A DNA stretch of 52,445 nt, the filler included, from Basidiobolus ranarum (Eukaryota): the NCBI GenBank assembly GCA_040143965.1. It is 2 parts of 2 records of this genome, joined end to end, with 100 filler letters (N's around TTAATTAATTAA, not from the genome) between each part and the next. Parts side by side here need not be neighbours in the genome. Positions count along the whole stretch, not along the records: positions 1 to 26,229 come from JASJQH010007009.1; 1 more part is not named here. One strand, 5' to 3'. Both the position numbers and the translations under genes were made by a program. The notes under the pieces are model-generated. The model worked only from the letters and a program-made list of their open reading frames with translations. It had not been told where the DNA came from and ran no database searches. Below, in pieces: positions 1-13,443 of this stretch (its first letter is position 1; each line of letters begins with the position of its first letter).

Positions 1-354
<354 letters not shown>

Positions 355-975
355 GTTGAGTGACGAGTAAGAATACGATTAAAAAAATAGTGACTCGTTT
401 ACAACGCCAGATGGGTCTTATAGAGTGATAGTTCGAGGCCCTGGCGATTTACTGAGACCAAAAATTAAGCCAGGGCTCAAATGGTTTACGTATCTGTTTC
501 ATCCTCACCTATTCGATTGTCATGGCTCTCTAATCTCTAGCTGTACAAATCAATGTCCACTAAATAAATCTCATGCAATTATGAATGAGTCGACGTCTTG
601 CGAATAATTCAAAACCTGATTGGCGGCAATACAAATAGATTCTTTAATTTAATATATATATAGCCCATATCTTGTTACCACTATCGCTGTTGCCTGTATT
701 GATTGTGGCATTCTGGTGATATGCCAAGTCATTTTTCTTTACAGTATCACATATATTTGCTACTCTTGGCGGACCACCGTTATATAATGCTACTTACGTT
801 ATGGATGTTTACGTAACATTCAATCCTACACAGCATTCAACTCTTTGCCAAGATTCCATTTGAATGAAGTCTTATCATTACGTAAAGTCCTCCAAATGAG
901 TAAAACGGTTGGATCAATTTTGAATTTATTAAGGATCCCACGTAAATCAGATCCATACAAGTGTTTGTTACTGCT

Positions 976-3900
976 TTACCAGCCTAATCGGCTGCCAAGA
1001 ATACGTGACGGGTTTTGATGGTTTTTTTCTGCACAGAGCTTGCAATCTAAATGCAGATTACTAGTTTTCAAAGGAGTGTTGATGGATTCTATGCACTGAC
1101 GATGATATCCGTGTCCACATCTGAATAGAATGATCTCTGTGAACGATGTATGATTTGAGGGTGTCTGCTCGGAGATAGTCGGCGAAAGGGGTATTGGTGA
1201 GGGAACCGGTGTACTGCTAATGGATGGGGCTTTCCCATTGGATGATGTGAGGGAATTATTTTTCATTGTTGGACTGGAAATGACGGCATTGGCAGGGACA
1301 TTATCTCCAGATTCTGACTCCAAAGGCTCGGGGAGTTTTGCTCTTTTTTGTAAACCCACACTCCATAACGCATTGCTACACAATTCACATCTACCCCGTG
1401 ACAATCTCCATCCACGAGAGCGGTATTTGGTAGCAAGTTCGACCCCATTAAAAAGGTCTCGATCCACTAGTCGGTTGGTCATTTCTAATAGTTGCCCCTC
1501 ATACTTATATGTATCTAATATACCAAAGAAGACATCCCGAAACTCGGCTACAGTTTGAATACCTGATTCTTCCTCGTCTCCAACAGAGTGGGATTGTATC
1601 AGGCGGAGAAGAAGACGAGGAAGTGACAGAGAAGAAGAGGGTGACGTAGTATAAAGTAGGGTATTCAGAATAGTTTGCAGGTAAGTCTTGAAAGAGGAGC
1701 CAAGATGTCCGATCAACTGACCTTGCGATAGAAAAAGTACCGATGTTGATAGTGAGGTGGGATCAAGTGGTGAGGCAGTAGAGTTTCGCGCTGTCAATGA
1801 TTGTGGTGTTGAGTCTACAGTGGTTGAAGGAGATACAACCTTAGAAATGCTTTTGGATGCATCTACACAAGTACTTAATAGTAAAAACCATAGCGTTTCC
1901 ACCTCATCTACTTCTTCAAGATGTTCCAGCTTTGGTGGGTTTTGTAGTTTGGCACTTGCCGCTCTAACATTGGCCTTTTGACTGGCCCTTTCGCATAATT
2001 GGATAGCTACTTTAAAAGCACCCATGATTTTAATGATGGCGTTTTTAACCACATGTTGATCTTCAGTGTTCCATTTATCGACTTCTTTGGCCTCAATCAT
2101 ATCCACAGAGACCTTGACACGCTCTTTGATTATATTCAAAACTATTTCGAGGGCACCCACAACATTCCCGCTAATTTCTAGAATCCAGACAACCGCATCC
2201 AGCACTGAATGCTGCTGACATAGTTTTAAAACCCGATCTAGACGATACTCGTTTCCTTGACGGAGCTGCAAATAGGGGAGAACAGAGCCGGGTTCGTGCA
2301 CGCATAATAAAGAAATGTATAACTCATGTATTTCCGAAGGAATCCGTTCTGGCCCATCTATAAAGTTTTCAACTTCAGTCTGGGGATCAAGGACAGCCTT
2401 CAGATAAGTCAACAATTTCCTCGGTTGTGACTCCAATAAACGAATGACATGTTGATGGGCACTTCTGAAATATAACCTGACCATTGATGCAGTTTCTTGA
2501 GGATTGATATCGACTAGTTGTTCGATGTTTTCCAATAGCACTTTCCTGACATCATTCTGTTCATCTTCATTCAGTTTGCTTCCTCTATTTGCCAAGAATA
2601 TTCTTACACATCCGAATATGGCCCGTTGCCTTTCTTCATCTTTAAGATAGGTGGTAATCACCAATCCATACTTTCTCTTCTTCTTGTATACATTTTCAAG
2701 AATACGATAGAACCCAGCATTTTCATACAGTCGAGTAAGATCCTCCTCTTCATGGGGCGTGTATACTTTTAGTAGACATTGGGCTGCCATTTGGCGTTCC
2801 ATTCGAGTGTTCATGTCTTTATAAGTAGTAAGCTGCATCAAGATATCGTGTAAACATTCGTTCGATAGGGTGATGTACTCCTTATGTTTAAAGATGCTTT
2901 GGGCAACGAAGCAATAGATGAGGTTTGCGTCTTGAGTTGATTCGGATAATGTCATCTTAGCAACGCTGAGTAAGGCATCCACGATTTGTTGTCGGTTGAT
3001 TAAATGATTAACATGCTGGAAATCATCCTCTGCGGTATAAGCATTATCGAAGAAGGGGTCATCTAACCCATATTCCAAAACACCCAATAATTTACTAATA
3101 TTGATCGAAATCAACAAGCGTAAATAGGGGTATTTTAGTTGGTCAACGTGATTGCTCTGTGCAATGTCTGCAATTTTCTTGGCCTTCTCAACCCACTCGG
3201 CTACCCCTGGCGAAAACAAAAATTGATACACGGATAGACGGGCCTCAATAGAGTCTTCTTTGGGGATTTTCGATCCATCAGGGAACCACCTTCCAGACAA
3301 AATATGCTCAAGATAGCCAAACAGTTTCATAACAATAGCCTCTTCTATTTCCTTGTCTAGTGATTCCGGTGAGGGGATGGTATTTCTTTTCAGCGATGTC
3401 TCCCTAAACATGTTGTCCATCTGTGGCCACAGGATGGCACTCAGTAACTCTACAATGGGGCTGGTATAGTCTTTCACTCCTCTGTTCCAAACATATATCA
3501 ATGCATCATACAACCCCTCCATTCGACCCACAGAAATAACTCTGTCGATGTCAATGCCGTATGGGTTCATATGTAAAATGCATTGCTCTAACCGGGGAAG
3601 AGTTGCGGGTTGACTGGCATAATGTTTCACAAAGTCTAACATTACCGAAGGAGGGAGATCTCTAATTTTATCTTCAAGGATGTAAGGTTCTAGAGTAAAC
3701 ATAAATACTTCCTGGTATCCGTAGTCAGTGTATTTCTCATAAACAGTGTCGAAAAGAAAATCCGTCGCATTCATGCTTAGGCAGGCATCAAAGCAAGATT
3801 GACAAAGTTGGGCATAGGGTGGCTCAGAATGGTGTGACTGGTTGTCACTTGGAGATTCTAGTGACCTTTCTGAAGAGAAAGCGTAGTTTAGCGATGCTGA

Positions 3901-6512
3901 GATGAGCTCAAGCAATTTCTCGCCAATCAATTCATTACGACTTTCTTCATCATCTGGAAGTCCAGTAACAGCCAAGTTGAACTCCCCAGAGAGAAAAGAA
4001 GTCACTAGGTGGATAGCTTTGATGTAATCACCATCATCCATCAATGCCACAATTCGGTCAGACCAAGATAAAATTATTCCAAAATACAATTGATTTACTC
4101 CCTGGTCAATAAATAATTAGTTGGGATTCGTGGAGTGAAAGCAGTCGGTGCAATTTGGAAGGTTTATAATTACCAAAGTGAAGAGCTTGCCTCTGTGTGA
4201 TCGAAGGCTATGATAATAAGCTACTTCCATCTGTGTGGCTGAGGCTTCTTTGGGTTTTTGGTTAAGCCATTCCTTCATTGGTGTGTTGAATAAATCCCGG
4301 TAGATGAGCTTGTACGCGCTTACGTTACATCGCTCCAGCTCTAGCATCTTTCTGGGATCAAAGGCAATTACCTGCTCGTCGCTAGTTAATATAATCAAAA
4401 TCTATACAACATTGGGATCAGAGTTAGTACAATTCTGCAAATAGTCAGGTATAAAGATATCCAACCTGGTAACTAAGCCATTGTAAGCCTACAATTGAGG
4501 TGGGGCTAGTCCATTCTCCTAGTTTGGAAAATTGTGTATTTTGCCCTCTTTTACGTGAGTTCGTAGGCTGACTATTCGCATTCTTTACATGCAAAATACA
4601 TAGGTAGCTTCCCCATGAATATGCAAGTAAAGGGTCAGTGGCTTGATCTTGAACTGTTGATCGAATCTTGTAAGTATGTTATACCATGTAGAATCAAAGC
4701 AGATATAACTCACCAACTCTTTTCTTAACAGAGGGATACCAAGCTATACAACCCGATAGCCCATTGTCGTTCTTTGTTGTCTTCTCTGCCTCGAGCATAT
4801 CTCTTTTGACTTTGAAGAGAATCTCAGGACTAGGCTTGGTTTGTACGACGAGTAGCTAAATAATGTGGTCAATAATCGCCTCTTTGAACTATAGCCAATG
4901 AATCTATTACTTTATGAGGGGTGATTATGGCAATCAATCCATGGGAATCAGCCACATGTTGAACTTCGCCATAAGGAAGAATTGCTAGCCCTAATATCGT
5001 TGTTGGGAGGGAAGGTTTCTCAGGAGTTTCTTGAGGTTTACCTAGAAGCCGGAGGGTTTCTACATTTTTGACCAACATTACTTTGGAAATAATGTGCATG
5101 AACACCATCCCCTTTAAAAAGCTACTTCAGCTAATGTTTGGGATTGACAAGATATATGCTATTATATTACCTGATCATCACCAGACACAACCTTGCTTTT
5201 TCCCGCTCCAATGAAAGATACGTGAACTACATTTGCTCCGTAACGATGACCATTCTTTCGGATGAGTGAAGGGCCTTGTTTCATTGGTGATATTGATCTA
5301 GAAAGAGAGCCATTCTGAATATCCCAAATAGTAATGAGTCCCTTTTCATAACCGCAAACAATAGCTGAATGATCCGAGGAAATTGCCAATGACGAAACAG
5401 CACCATAGTCTAAATTGGTGAATAAATGTAAGATAAAAATTCCCTCATTGCTAGAATAAAGAGGCATACAAAACCTATGGCATTCGGTCCCAGCGTACGA
5501 ACAAAGTTCTGATAAAAGTCGTACACTAACACGAAGCCTCGAGAAGTTCCAACAGCAATATACCCACTTGCCTATAAAGATAGTGTTACATAAATGTTAG
5601 TCATACTTAAGCATTAAATTCTAGGGGCTAATTGTGATGAGAGCTAACCGCTAAAACAGATGGTAGTCCGACTTCGCGTTTGATGCTAGATGAATATAAA
5701 TGATTCGATATTTTTATGAGTGGCGTCCATCTAAATGCACTTGTGGTAATGATTTCTTGAGAGGGCTCAGCACTCAAGGTCAAATCCTCAAATTCAGCTT
5801 GAGATAGTGTTGGGGTAAGAGTTTGAGGAGAAAAGGTATTTTGGGAGGAGGGTGAAAAGTTGTTTCGCGAGGAAATAGAGGAAGTTTCAAAAGAGGAAGG
5901 CGAGTGAATTAGATTCGAGAAAAGATTCGCTTCTGATACTTTTGAGCTACTTGAGCGTAGCAAGCTTGGCCGAGAGCTATTAGAGCGAGCATCCTATAAA
6001 TGAAATAGTAGTATTATTGTGAGGGATTGATAGGGGTTTAGTCAAAGTTTAAATAATCAAGTACGTCAAGTTGCGAATCTATAGACACTGAATCTAGAAC
6101 CTCAGAGCTGATGAAATCTTCACTATCAGATTCATTCAAAATTCTGTCCAAGAGAAGATTTTCAGCTACAAATGTAACATAATGTAACTTAGTACTGTTC
6201 TGGTGACGTATTCTATATGTAAGACAGTCACTTACAATTCTTTAAAAACTCATCATAAAGAGCAGTCTCTTGCAATATCTGCTCTAGTAGTGAATGAGCC
6301 TTAATTTTCTGTGCCGTACCCAAGTTACTTTCAAAAATAGGCCCTCCTTGGAGATATATTTGCAGGTCCTCTTGTAACTTGTACAGTTCAGCTACAACAG
6401 TACCGATTATTTTGGCAGAAGAATCGGGGAGTTCTACTTCAGGTATACGTGCAGCATTAAAACGTGACTCAATATCAGCCAAACTGCCTATTCCAAAAGT
6501 TTCTGTTTTCAT
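976..6512 (-). CDS. VPS8: Vacuolar protein sorting 8 (CORVET subunit), multi-exon
   Basis: N-terminal WD40-like exons (YGAVSSLAISSDHSAIVCGYEKGLITIWDI; VVSGDD); Vps8 core (LSWSDRIVALMDDGDYIKAI; LEPYILEDKIRDLPPSVM; LYDALIYVWNRGVKDYTSP); clathrin-like helical repeats; split C-terminal RING (CELC...FRCGHGYHRQC...CKLC). Start codon approximate. Confidence 0.88.
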
Positions 6513-6708
6513 AACATGGAAGACGTGTCAGAGTATAAAGTTTGAATATAGAAAACAGTGAGGGTTAAGACATATAATCACATGCATGGAATGGATATTC
6601 ATTTAACAGATTGACTAAAATTGTATTAATTGATCGAAATTAGCATTAATATTGTGCCACTAAATGCTTTTGTAAAATAACCTTCCTGGTGTTTCTTTAT
6701 TACACATC

Positions 6709-8496
6709 ATGGATACTTCATTGCCTCAACCAGAAAAGAAAGGTAACAAGGAAACCAATTCTTGTCAATGGTTAAGGAATATTTATCCTTATATACTTAT
6801 CTGAATTGATTTTTAGTCGAGCATGTCATCTTCATGGTTCACGGGATGGGTCCTACTATTGGGAACCGCGGGAAGTACATTATGAGAGGTAATTGATAGA
6901 TATTGTCAAATTTTTGTCTTAATCTACTAATAAAACCTGATGCTTCATAGTGGAACAGCTCCGTGAAAACATCAAGGAAGTATTGGAAGTCAAATTCCCA
7001 GAAATAGAAGGCTCAGTAGAAGTCATTCCTTTAGGTAAGAAATCTGGCTTTATGGATGTAGTATACAAATCATGGTTAATTAACTTTTCATATAGAATGG
7101 CATAATGTACTTCATGATGTGGTCGATATGTAAGTGTACTAGTCAAGATTTTACATAACAATAAGCTAACTCGATATTTTTATAGACGGATGAATTCCAT
7201 AACACTGCCGACTTGCCCAGCTGTAAGACGGTTAAACAATGATATTGTGGCCGATGTACTATACTATTTTACAAATCGCCATGGACAGAAAATCTTCGAC
7301 ATTGTTGCGAAATCTTTAAATGCTGAATATACAGCTTTTATGGAGAAACACCCAAACTATACTGGAGATTTTTCAATAATTGGATATAGTTTGGGTGGAG
7401 TCTGTGTGTATGATATTTTATCGCACCAGGAAGAAGGCTTTAATGCTGAAGGCCGTGACTGTTTGAGGTTTAATGTGACTGAGCTTTTATTTCAACCACG
7501 CAATCTCTTTACCTTTGGATGCCCAATGGGTGCAGTGATGGTCATGAGAGATCAAACATTTGGCACATACCGTCTACCGGAGTACTGCTCATTGTACAAC
7601 ATATTCCATCAATATGACCCCATAGTAATGCTTCATTTTGCACTCGTTGAGCAGTAATGCTGATTATTAATTTGATTGTTATACGATAGGGTTATCGATT
7701 GGAGCCGCTAATAGATATTGAATACAAGAGCATTCCACCAGTTGTCTTGGAGAACTTTTACGACAGTCGGTTCCCTATCAGTATGAACTCTATGATCCCT
7801 AACATATCCCTACCATCGCTCAATCAAGCCAAAGAAGTATTCTCTCGTCAAATGGCCACGGTATTTGGATACACACAAATAGGGGCTGAAGTCGATGTCC
7901 CGAAACGGGTATGCAGCCCTTTGTTGCAGAGTGATGATAATACTAGTGTAAAAAGAAGAAAAACTGATCCTATAGAAGTCATCGATCTCACACAAGACCC
8001 TTGCCAAAGCCAAAAAGCAAGCGAATGGAATCAAACCCAATGCAAGGATAACAGTGAAGCCGAGCAGAGCTCTACAACCCAATATTTTTTAGACACAGTG
8101 ATGTACTTGGCCCAGAAATTTAGCATTGTTTCAACATCACCCAACGACGCTCCCACCGATGGCAATGTGGACAAGACTAGAGATGGCTTGGATGAGCCTA
8201 TCTATGAATTCGAAGAAACCGTAGAAACAGTACTTGGAGAATTTTACTCCGATATAGATGGCTCTTCCGAAAAGCCAGCCTCTTGTGTAGCAGAACAACC
8301 TAGTGACTCGGATCAAGCGCGCTCTGTCTTATTTAATGAGTGCCCAGAGCTTTCCCATCGCATAGACTACACGCTGCAAGATAGTTTCGTTCATTACGTC
8401 GCTAATGAATATTTGGTTGGATCTAGAGCCCACTTCTCTTACTGGAATCACAGGGATGTGGCTTATCATTTGTTGAAGAAGTGCTTCAATAAATAA
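6709..8496 (+). CDS. DDHD-domain phospholipase A1 (PA-PLA1-like), compact, multi-exon
   Basis: Spliced product has HVIFMVHGMG, EW-H, lipase motif GYSLGG, FTFGCPMG, and DDHD residues YNIFHQYDPI-GYRLEPLI, RIDYTLQ, AHFSYWNHRD. Confidence 0.88.
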
Positions 8497-8828
8497 GCAG
8501 ATTAACCAAAGTATCACACGAACTATCATACGAATTGATATGAATGAATCCAACTCTTTCTTGCTCACACACTCACATATTCATGCTTTTTACATAGATA
8601 TTTCTACTTACCTTTATAATAAATAATACGAAAGCAATTATGATTTGTAACTAAGAAAAACTTTCCATTTCAGACTCACCTTGAAATATTGGATGAAAGA
8701 TGAATGATGAAAATCAGTTTGATTATTCATTCGAAAAACAACTTACTAATCGAGTTACTAAAATAGCAATTGTATTTAGTCTGGATATTGGAGCCTTCTC
8801 ATATTTATCCTTACTAAACGCTCTTACA

Positions 8829-10360
8829 ATGCATCCTTCACCGAGCTGCACTCATGAGCACGAACACAAAGAACCCTGCGACAATGTTGAGCTAAGCACC
8901 TCTATAAACGAGGACGAGACCTCATTTCGAATCCCTACTAGACAGATTCTTACTCAGGAAGATTTAGCTCGCTTTTTTGAGTCAGATTGCTACGCCGAAT
9001 TTTTAGATTTTATTCTGGAATTGAACGAAGCAGTCGTCGGGAAAACAACTAGATTCGATTGCCAAGTATCTACGGTTCGTTACCACTCATAATTTCACTG
9101 AATAGTTCAACACCGATATATGAGATGCTTTTACTTTTTGTGATAATTAACTATTAGAATCACAGGTGGTAGAGAAGTTGATAGACATCTTAAAAACTCT
9201 TGTCCAATGGATAGATGAAATCAAGCCAGAAGACAATGCTCAGAGTAGATTTGGTAATCCTGCTTTCAAGACATGGTATGACAGAGTAGCTGAGGTAGGA
9301 ATATACAAGTATACGCCATGTTCGCACCTTCCTTCTCATTCTAAACTTATCACCTGGATAGAGAGCTGCGGATCTTTTAAAAGGAGTTGTACCCGATGAA
9401 GCAATCCCGGAGGTTAGCAAATATCTCATAGAGAGTTTCGGAAACCATCGACGCATTGATTATGGTACTGGGCATGAAGCAAATTTTATTGCTTGGATGT
9501 AAGCTTTTAATATTGTACCATCATTTTACTTCAGTCATTAATAACTGTAAATTTTGACTTCTAGGTTATGCATCAAAAAACTGGGTTTGCTCAACCAAGA
9601 AGATTATGTTGCTTTAGTGTTGAAAGTGTTTTACGGGTGATTATTGTGGTTTTTTTTGAATTCTTTCCAATTGAATTGATATTAATGTTATATTCCCAGG
9701 TACATCGACTTGATGAGAAAGCTTCAATTCGCTTACTGGTTAGAACCTGCTGGCTCACATGGAGTTTGGGGGCTTGATGATTACCATTTCCTACCATTTT
9801 TGTTTGGTTCAGCACAACTCCGAGGTAAGTACATGTATCTCACCAGCCATCTGTGGCCCTAACTAATGTCGATTTCCAAGGTCACAAGCATATCCGTCCC
9901 AAAGCTATTCATGATCGAGACATTGTGGAGGAGTTTTCTAAGGACTACATGTACTTGGCTTGCATTAAGTTCGTCAACGATGTAATTTCATTGATTTGTC
10001 GCTTATAATTACTCTTAATCCAGTACTCAAGTCTTCTTGGTATAGGTTAAGACTGCCTCTCTTAGATGGCACTCGCCTATGTTAGATGATATCAGTGGCG
10101 TTAAGACCTGGGATAAGGTAAATTCAGGAATGGTCAAGATGTACAAAGCGGAGGTATTAGGGAAACTTCCCATCATGCAGCACTTCATGTTCGGCTCGCT
10201 ACTTCGGTTCAAGGGAAGTCAAATAATACCTGAAGATGATGAATGTTGTGATACACCTCATGTTTATGCTTACGGTCAAGAAGCCCCTACTTGCTGTGGA
10301 ATGAGAGTGCCATCTGCCATTGCGGCCTCGCAGAGCATCAAAAGACTTCCATTCGATTAA
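8829..10360 (+). CDS. RRD2: Phosphotyrosyl phosphatase activator PTPA (PP2A activator, Rrd2/Ypa2-like), multi-exon
   Basis: [90 protein letters not shown]-terminal LPFD. Confidence 0.93.
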
Positions 10361-10447
10361 TATAGTACATCATATTAATTATATTAGCTAAATCCTATTT
10401 ACACATTCAAAGTGATTGTATTTTATTGAACCGATTTACGAATAAAG

Positions 10448-12071
10448 TCAATCTATGAGGGCTTCAACCAGCTTTTGTCTATCAGCCCAGAAAGTTTGAA
10501 TATCTTTCAAAGAAAGAAGGCCATTCTCAGTTATATATCCATCAACCAAAGTAGCCCCGACTTTCTCAAAATAAACATTACGAACTTCCACTCTTTTACG
10601 TGCCAAACACTTCTCAAAAGCCCCACCATAAGAGACAAATACTTCTACTGGCTCATTTTCTTCCATATTTTCTTCGTTTTCGACTCCATACACTTTGTCT
10701 AATCTTGAGATTACATGGACTTTTTTGTCGTAATGCTTTGCAGCCAAAGCAAGGTTTAAGCTTCCTATCTTGTTAACTACGCTACCATCAATACCGGAGA
10801 TGTGGTCGGCACCGAGCAATACGTGGGTCATATTTGCCATGAAATAAGCACATGAAGCATCAGTGATCACCTGGATTCTAACTCGAGCACTAGCTCTAGG
10901 ATTATTAGCAGCAGGTGCTAGGAAGTCGTCTAGTTTAGCGGCTAGGCCTAAGGCCCCCTCATTTAATGGTCGAGATTCCAGGATGTATATGTCCACAGTA
11001 TGGTCGATGGATGCTATTAAAACCTGATGGCAAAGCATACAGAGAACACCAAAAACAGTAGAGCTGTAGCTAAGAGTCATGATTGAATAATGTTGAGCAT
11101 CAGAGCCATCACTAGTCTCCGAGAACAAGGGAGAAAACAAAGAGGCCAGGAATTGAACATTGAGCTTGTGGACATTTTCTTGCGACTCTTTTCTGAATGA
11201 AGTGATGATCTCACTTACTCGTTTCTCAAAACTCTCCAAACTTAAATCACTTTCTTTGATTGCCTGATCGATCATATTATGAATAACTGATAGCGTGGAA
11301 GATATAGCCGCTTGCATAGAAGGTCGAATTTGCACTAAATGCCAACAAATATTTCGAACTTTTTCAAAATAAGTGGAAATGTTCATCTCGTTACTTCTCA
11401 AAACTTTGCTTATGACCGTTTGTCTGACTACTTCCGAAGCTTTGTCTGCCAACTGTTGCGCACCTGAATTTCTGTCATTAAACATGTCCATTAGGCTTCT
11501 GTGGACTATCTCGGGTAGATAGACTCTATCCAACACTGTCCTTAGGTTTGGTACGGTGTCAAAAGTGGCTAGCTCCTCCAGTTGAATCCACTTCTTGTCG
11601 ACATGTTCGAAATCTAATTGAATTTGAGTCGGCTCAACTAATAACCTAAAAAGAAATGGATATACTGTCCATTCAGTATCCAACTCTTCACTTTGAAAAG
11701 TTAAGGGTTTTCCGGAGCGGACTAGAGCTATCGAGTTATGACTAAGTGCCAATTCTTCCTTTATTTCCGTCATCGCTCGTTCCAACGGATTCTTGTCTTG
11801 TTCTTCGATAGACCCACTAACTCCAGCCCAAAGATTTCTTTTAAAAGAAAAAGAGACAAATAAATAATGGAAATAGTGGCAAATTGGAGAGTTCTATTGA
11901 AAAGTAGGTTGATATTTACTGATAAGTATGAACCTTCTCGCTTCTTTTAAGTATCAAAATCCTTTGCCCTTGACTTGCTGGAGAACGAGAAGGTTTAAGC
12001 TCTTCCTTGTTGTCAGAAGATGTATCGACATCACATACGATAAAAGAGGTGACTACTTGTCTTCGTTTCAT
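10448..12071 (-). CDS. NUDIX hydrolase domain fused to an eIF-2B alpha/beta/delta (IF-2B/MtnA-like) domain; 2 exons
   Basis: Exon 1 (12071-11920): MKRRQVVTSFI...RILILKRSEKVHTYQ; intron 11919-11838; then NLWAGVSGSIEEQDKNPLERAMTEIKEEL (Nudix box-like) and IF-2B motifs TLSYSSTV, ESRPLNEG, LLGADHI..GSVVNKIGS, RNVYFE, YITENG. Confidence 0.88.
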
Positions 12072-12339
12072 TTTCAACTGCTACTAGAGTACTGAATTGA
12101 GTCTCAAGCAATATACGTATTGATTAGTTTAATGCACCTTTCTACATAGATCACGTGATTCCTCGCCGTATGTGGCTTGGTAGCTATTTTGATGTATATA
12201 CAATTGGCCATCGTTCGAGTTGATTGATTTTCGAAACAAAAATTGAGCAATGGAAAATCAATGAAATGTTCATTAAATTAACCGAAGATCATACAATAAT
12301 CCTAAAAATTCTATCTTCTTTACTCCTCTACCTTATAAT

Positions 12340-13323
12340 ATGCTGACCAGCTTACCTTTCAGGTCACTTTGTATTAGAGGTACCCGAGCGGGGAAAATTC
12401 TCACTCCGAACTCAAGCATTGTGCCAACATGCTTTTATTCCTCGGCAAAACAATGGTCGCAGAGACAGAAGAACGACTATTTCGTTAAACAAGCTATGAC
12501 AAACAACTACCGTGCACGAAGTGCCTTTAAGTTGATAGAATTAAATGACAAACATAGGTTTTTGAGAAAAGGTCACATTTGTGTAGATTGTGGAGCTAGC
12601 CCAGGTGGTTGGTCTCAAGTCGCTTCAGAAAAAGTATGTCGAAAGTTAAGACCATTAGAAAAAAGAGAATTATCAGATGGTTACGTTATTGCTATAGATT
12701 TGCTACCTATCAACCCTATTCCCGGTGTACATATATTACAAAAAGACTTTACTGAACTTTCCACTCAAAATACCATCAAAAACATCTTGGACAAACGCAA
12801 AGTACATGTGGTTATATCTGATATGGCACCTTCTTTTACCGGTACTTCGAAGCTTATTCGGTTTGCTCGGTAGCTTGTTGAACTAACTAAAAGTTTTTTT
12901 TAAGGAAATCATGCGGTGGATCACGTTAGAATCATGGTAACGTCAAATATTTGGACTTTACTTGGTTAACTATGCTAATTACTTTACAACTTCTAGAACT
13001 TGTGTGAATCTGCACTAGGATTTGCCGAAATTATCTTGCGAAAAGGAGGAACGTTTGTCTGCAAGGTATATTCATATCTTCTTTTTCTTAGCTGGATTTT
13101 CCTCCGATACTCATTTACCTCTTGTTCCAACTTGTAGTTCATCATGGGTGGAACTGAACGTGATTTTAAACTCTTACTTCAGAGTAAGTTTAGTAAGGTT
13201 TATCACGAGAAACCTGCTTCTTCAAGAAAAGAGTCTACAGAAGGGTTTTTCGTCTGTACGGGATACCTTGGGCAGAAGAAAGAGCCAGTTGAAGAATATG
13301 ATGATGACATAGATTATAATTGA
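12340..13323 (+). CDS. MRM2: FtsJ/RrmJ-family rRNA 2'-O-methyltransferase, mitochondrial (Mrm2-like), multi-exon
   Basis: Basic presequence-like N-terminus; YRARSAFKLIE; DCGASPGGWSQ; VVISDMAP; GGTFVCKF; KPASSRKESTE; stop TGA 13321-13323. Confidence 0.9.
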
Positions 13324-13443
13324 TGTATTTCTAGTCTTCAGTGTTTAGATACGTTTCTAGTCTTTATAACCAACCGTTATTCGGTATTAGTAAAGTTACA
13401 TATATATCATTAAAAAATGTACAACTGTCGAGTAATATGAAAG

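Noticed and set aside
826-975. 49-codon in-frame open extension after the VPS8 TAA (possible readthrough)
   Set aside because: TAA-A is not a leaky context, the RING domain is already complete, and such a run can occur by chance.
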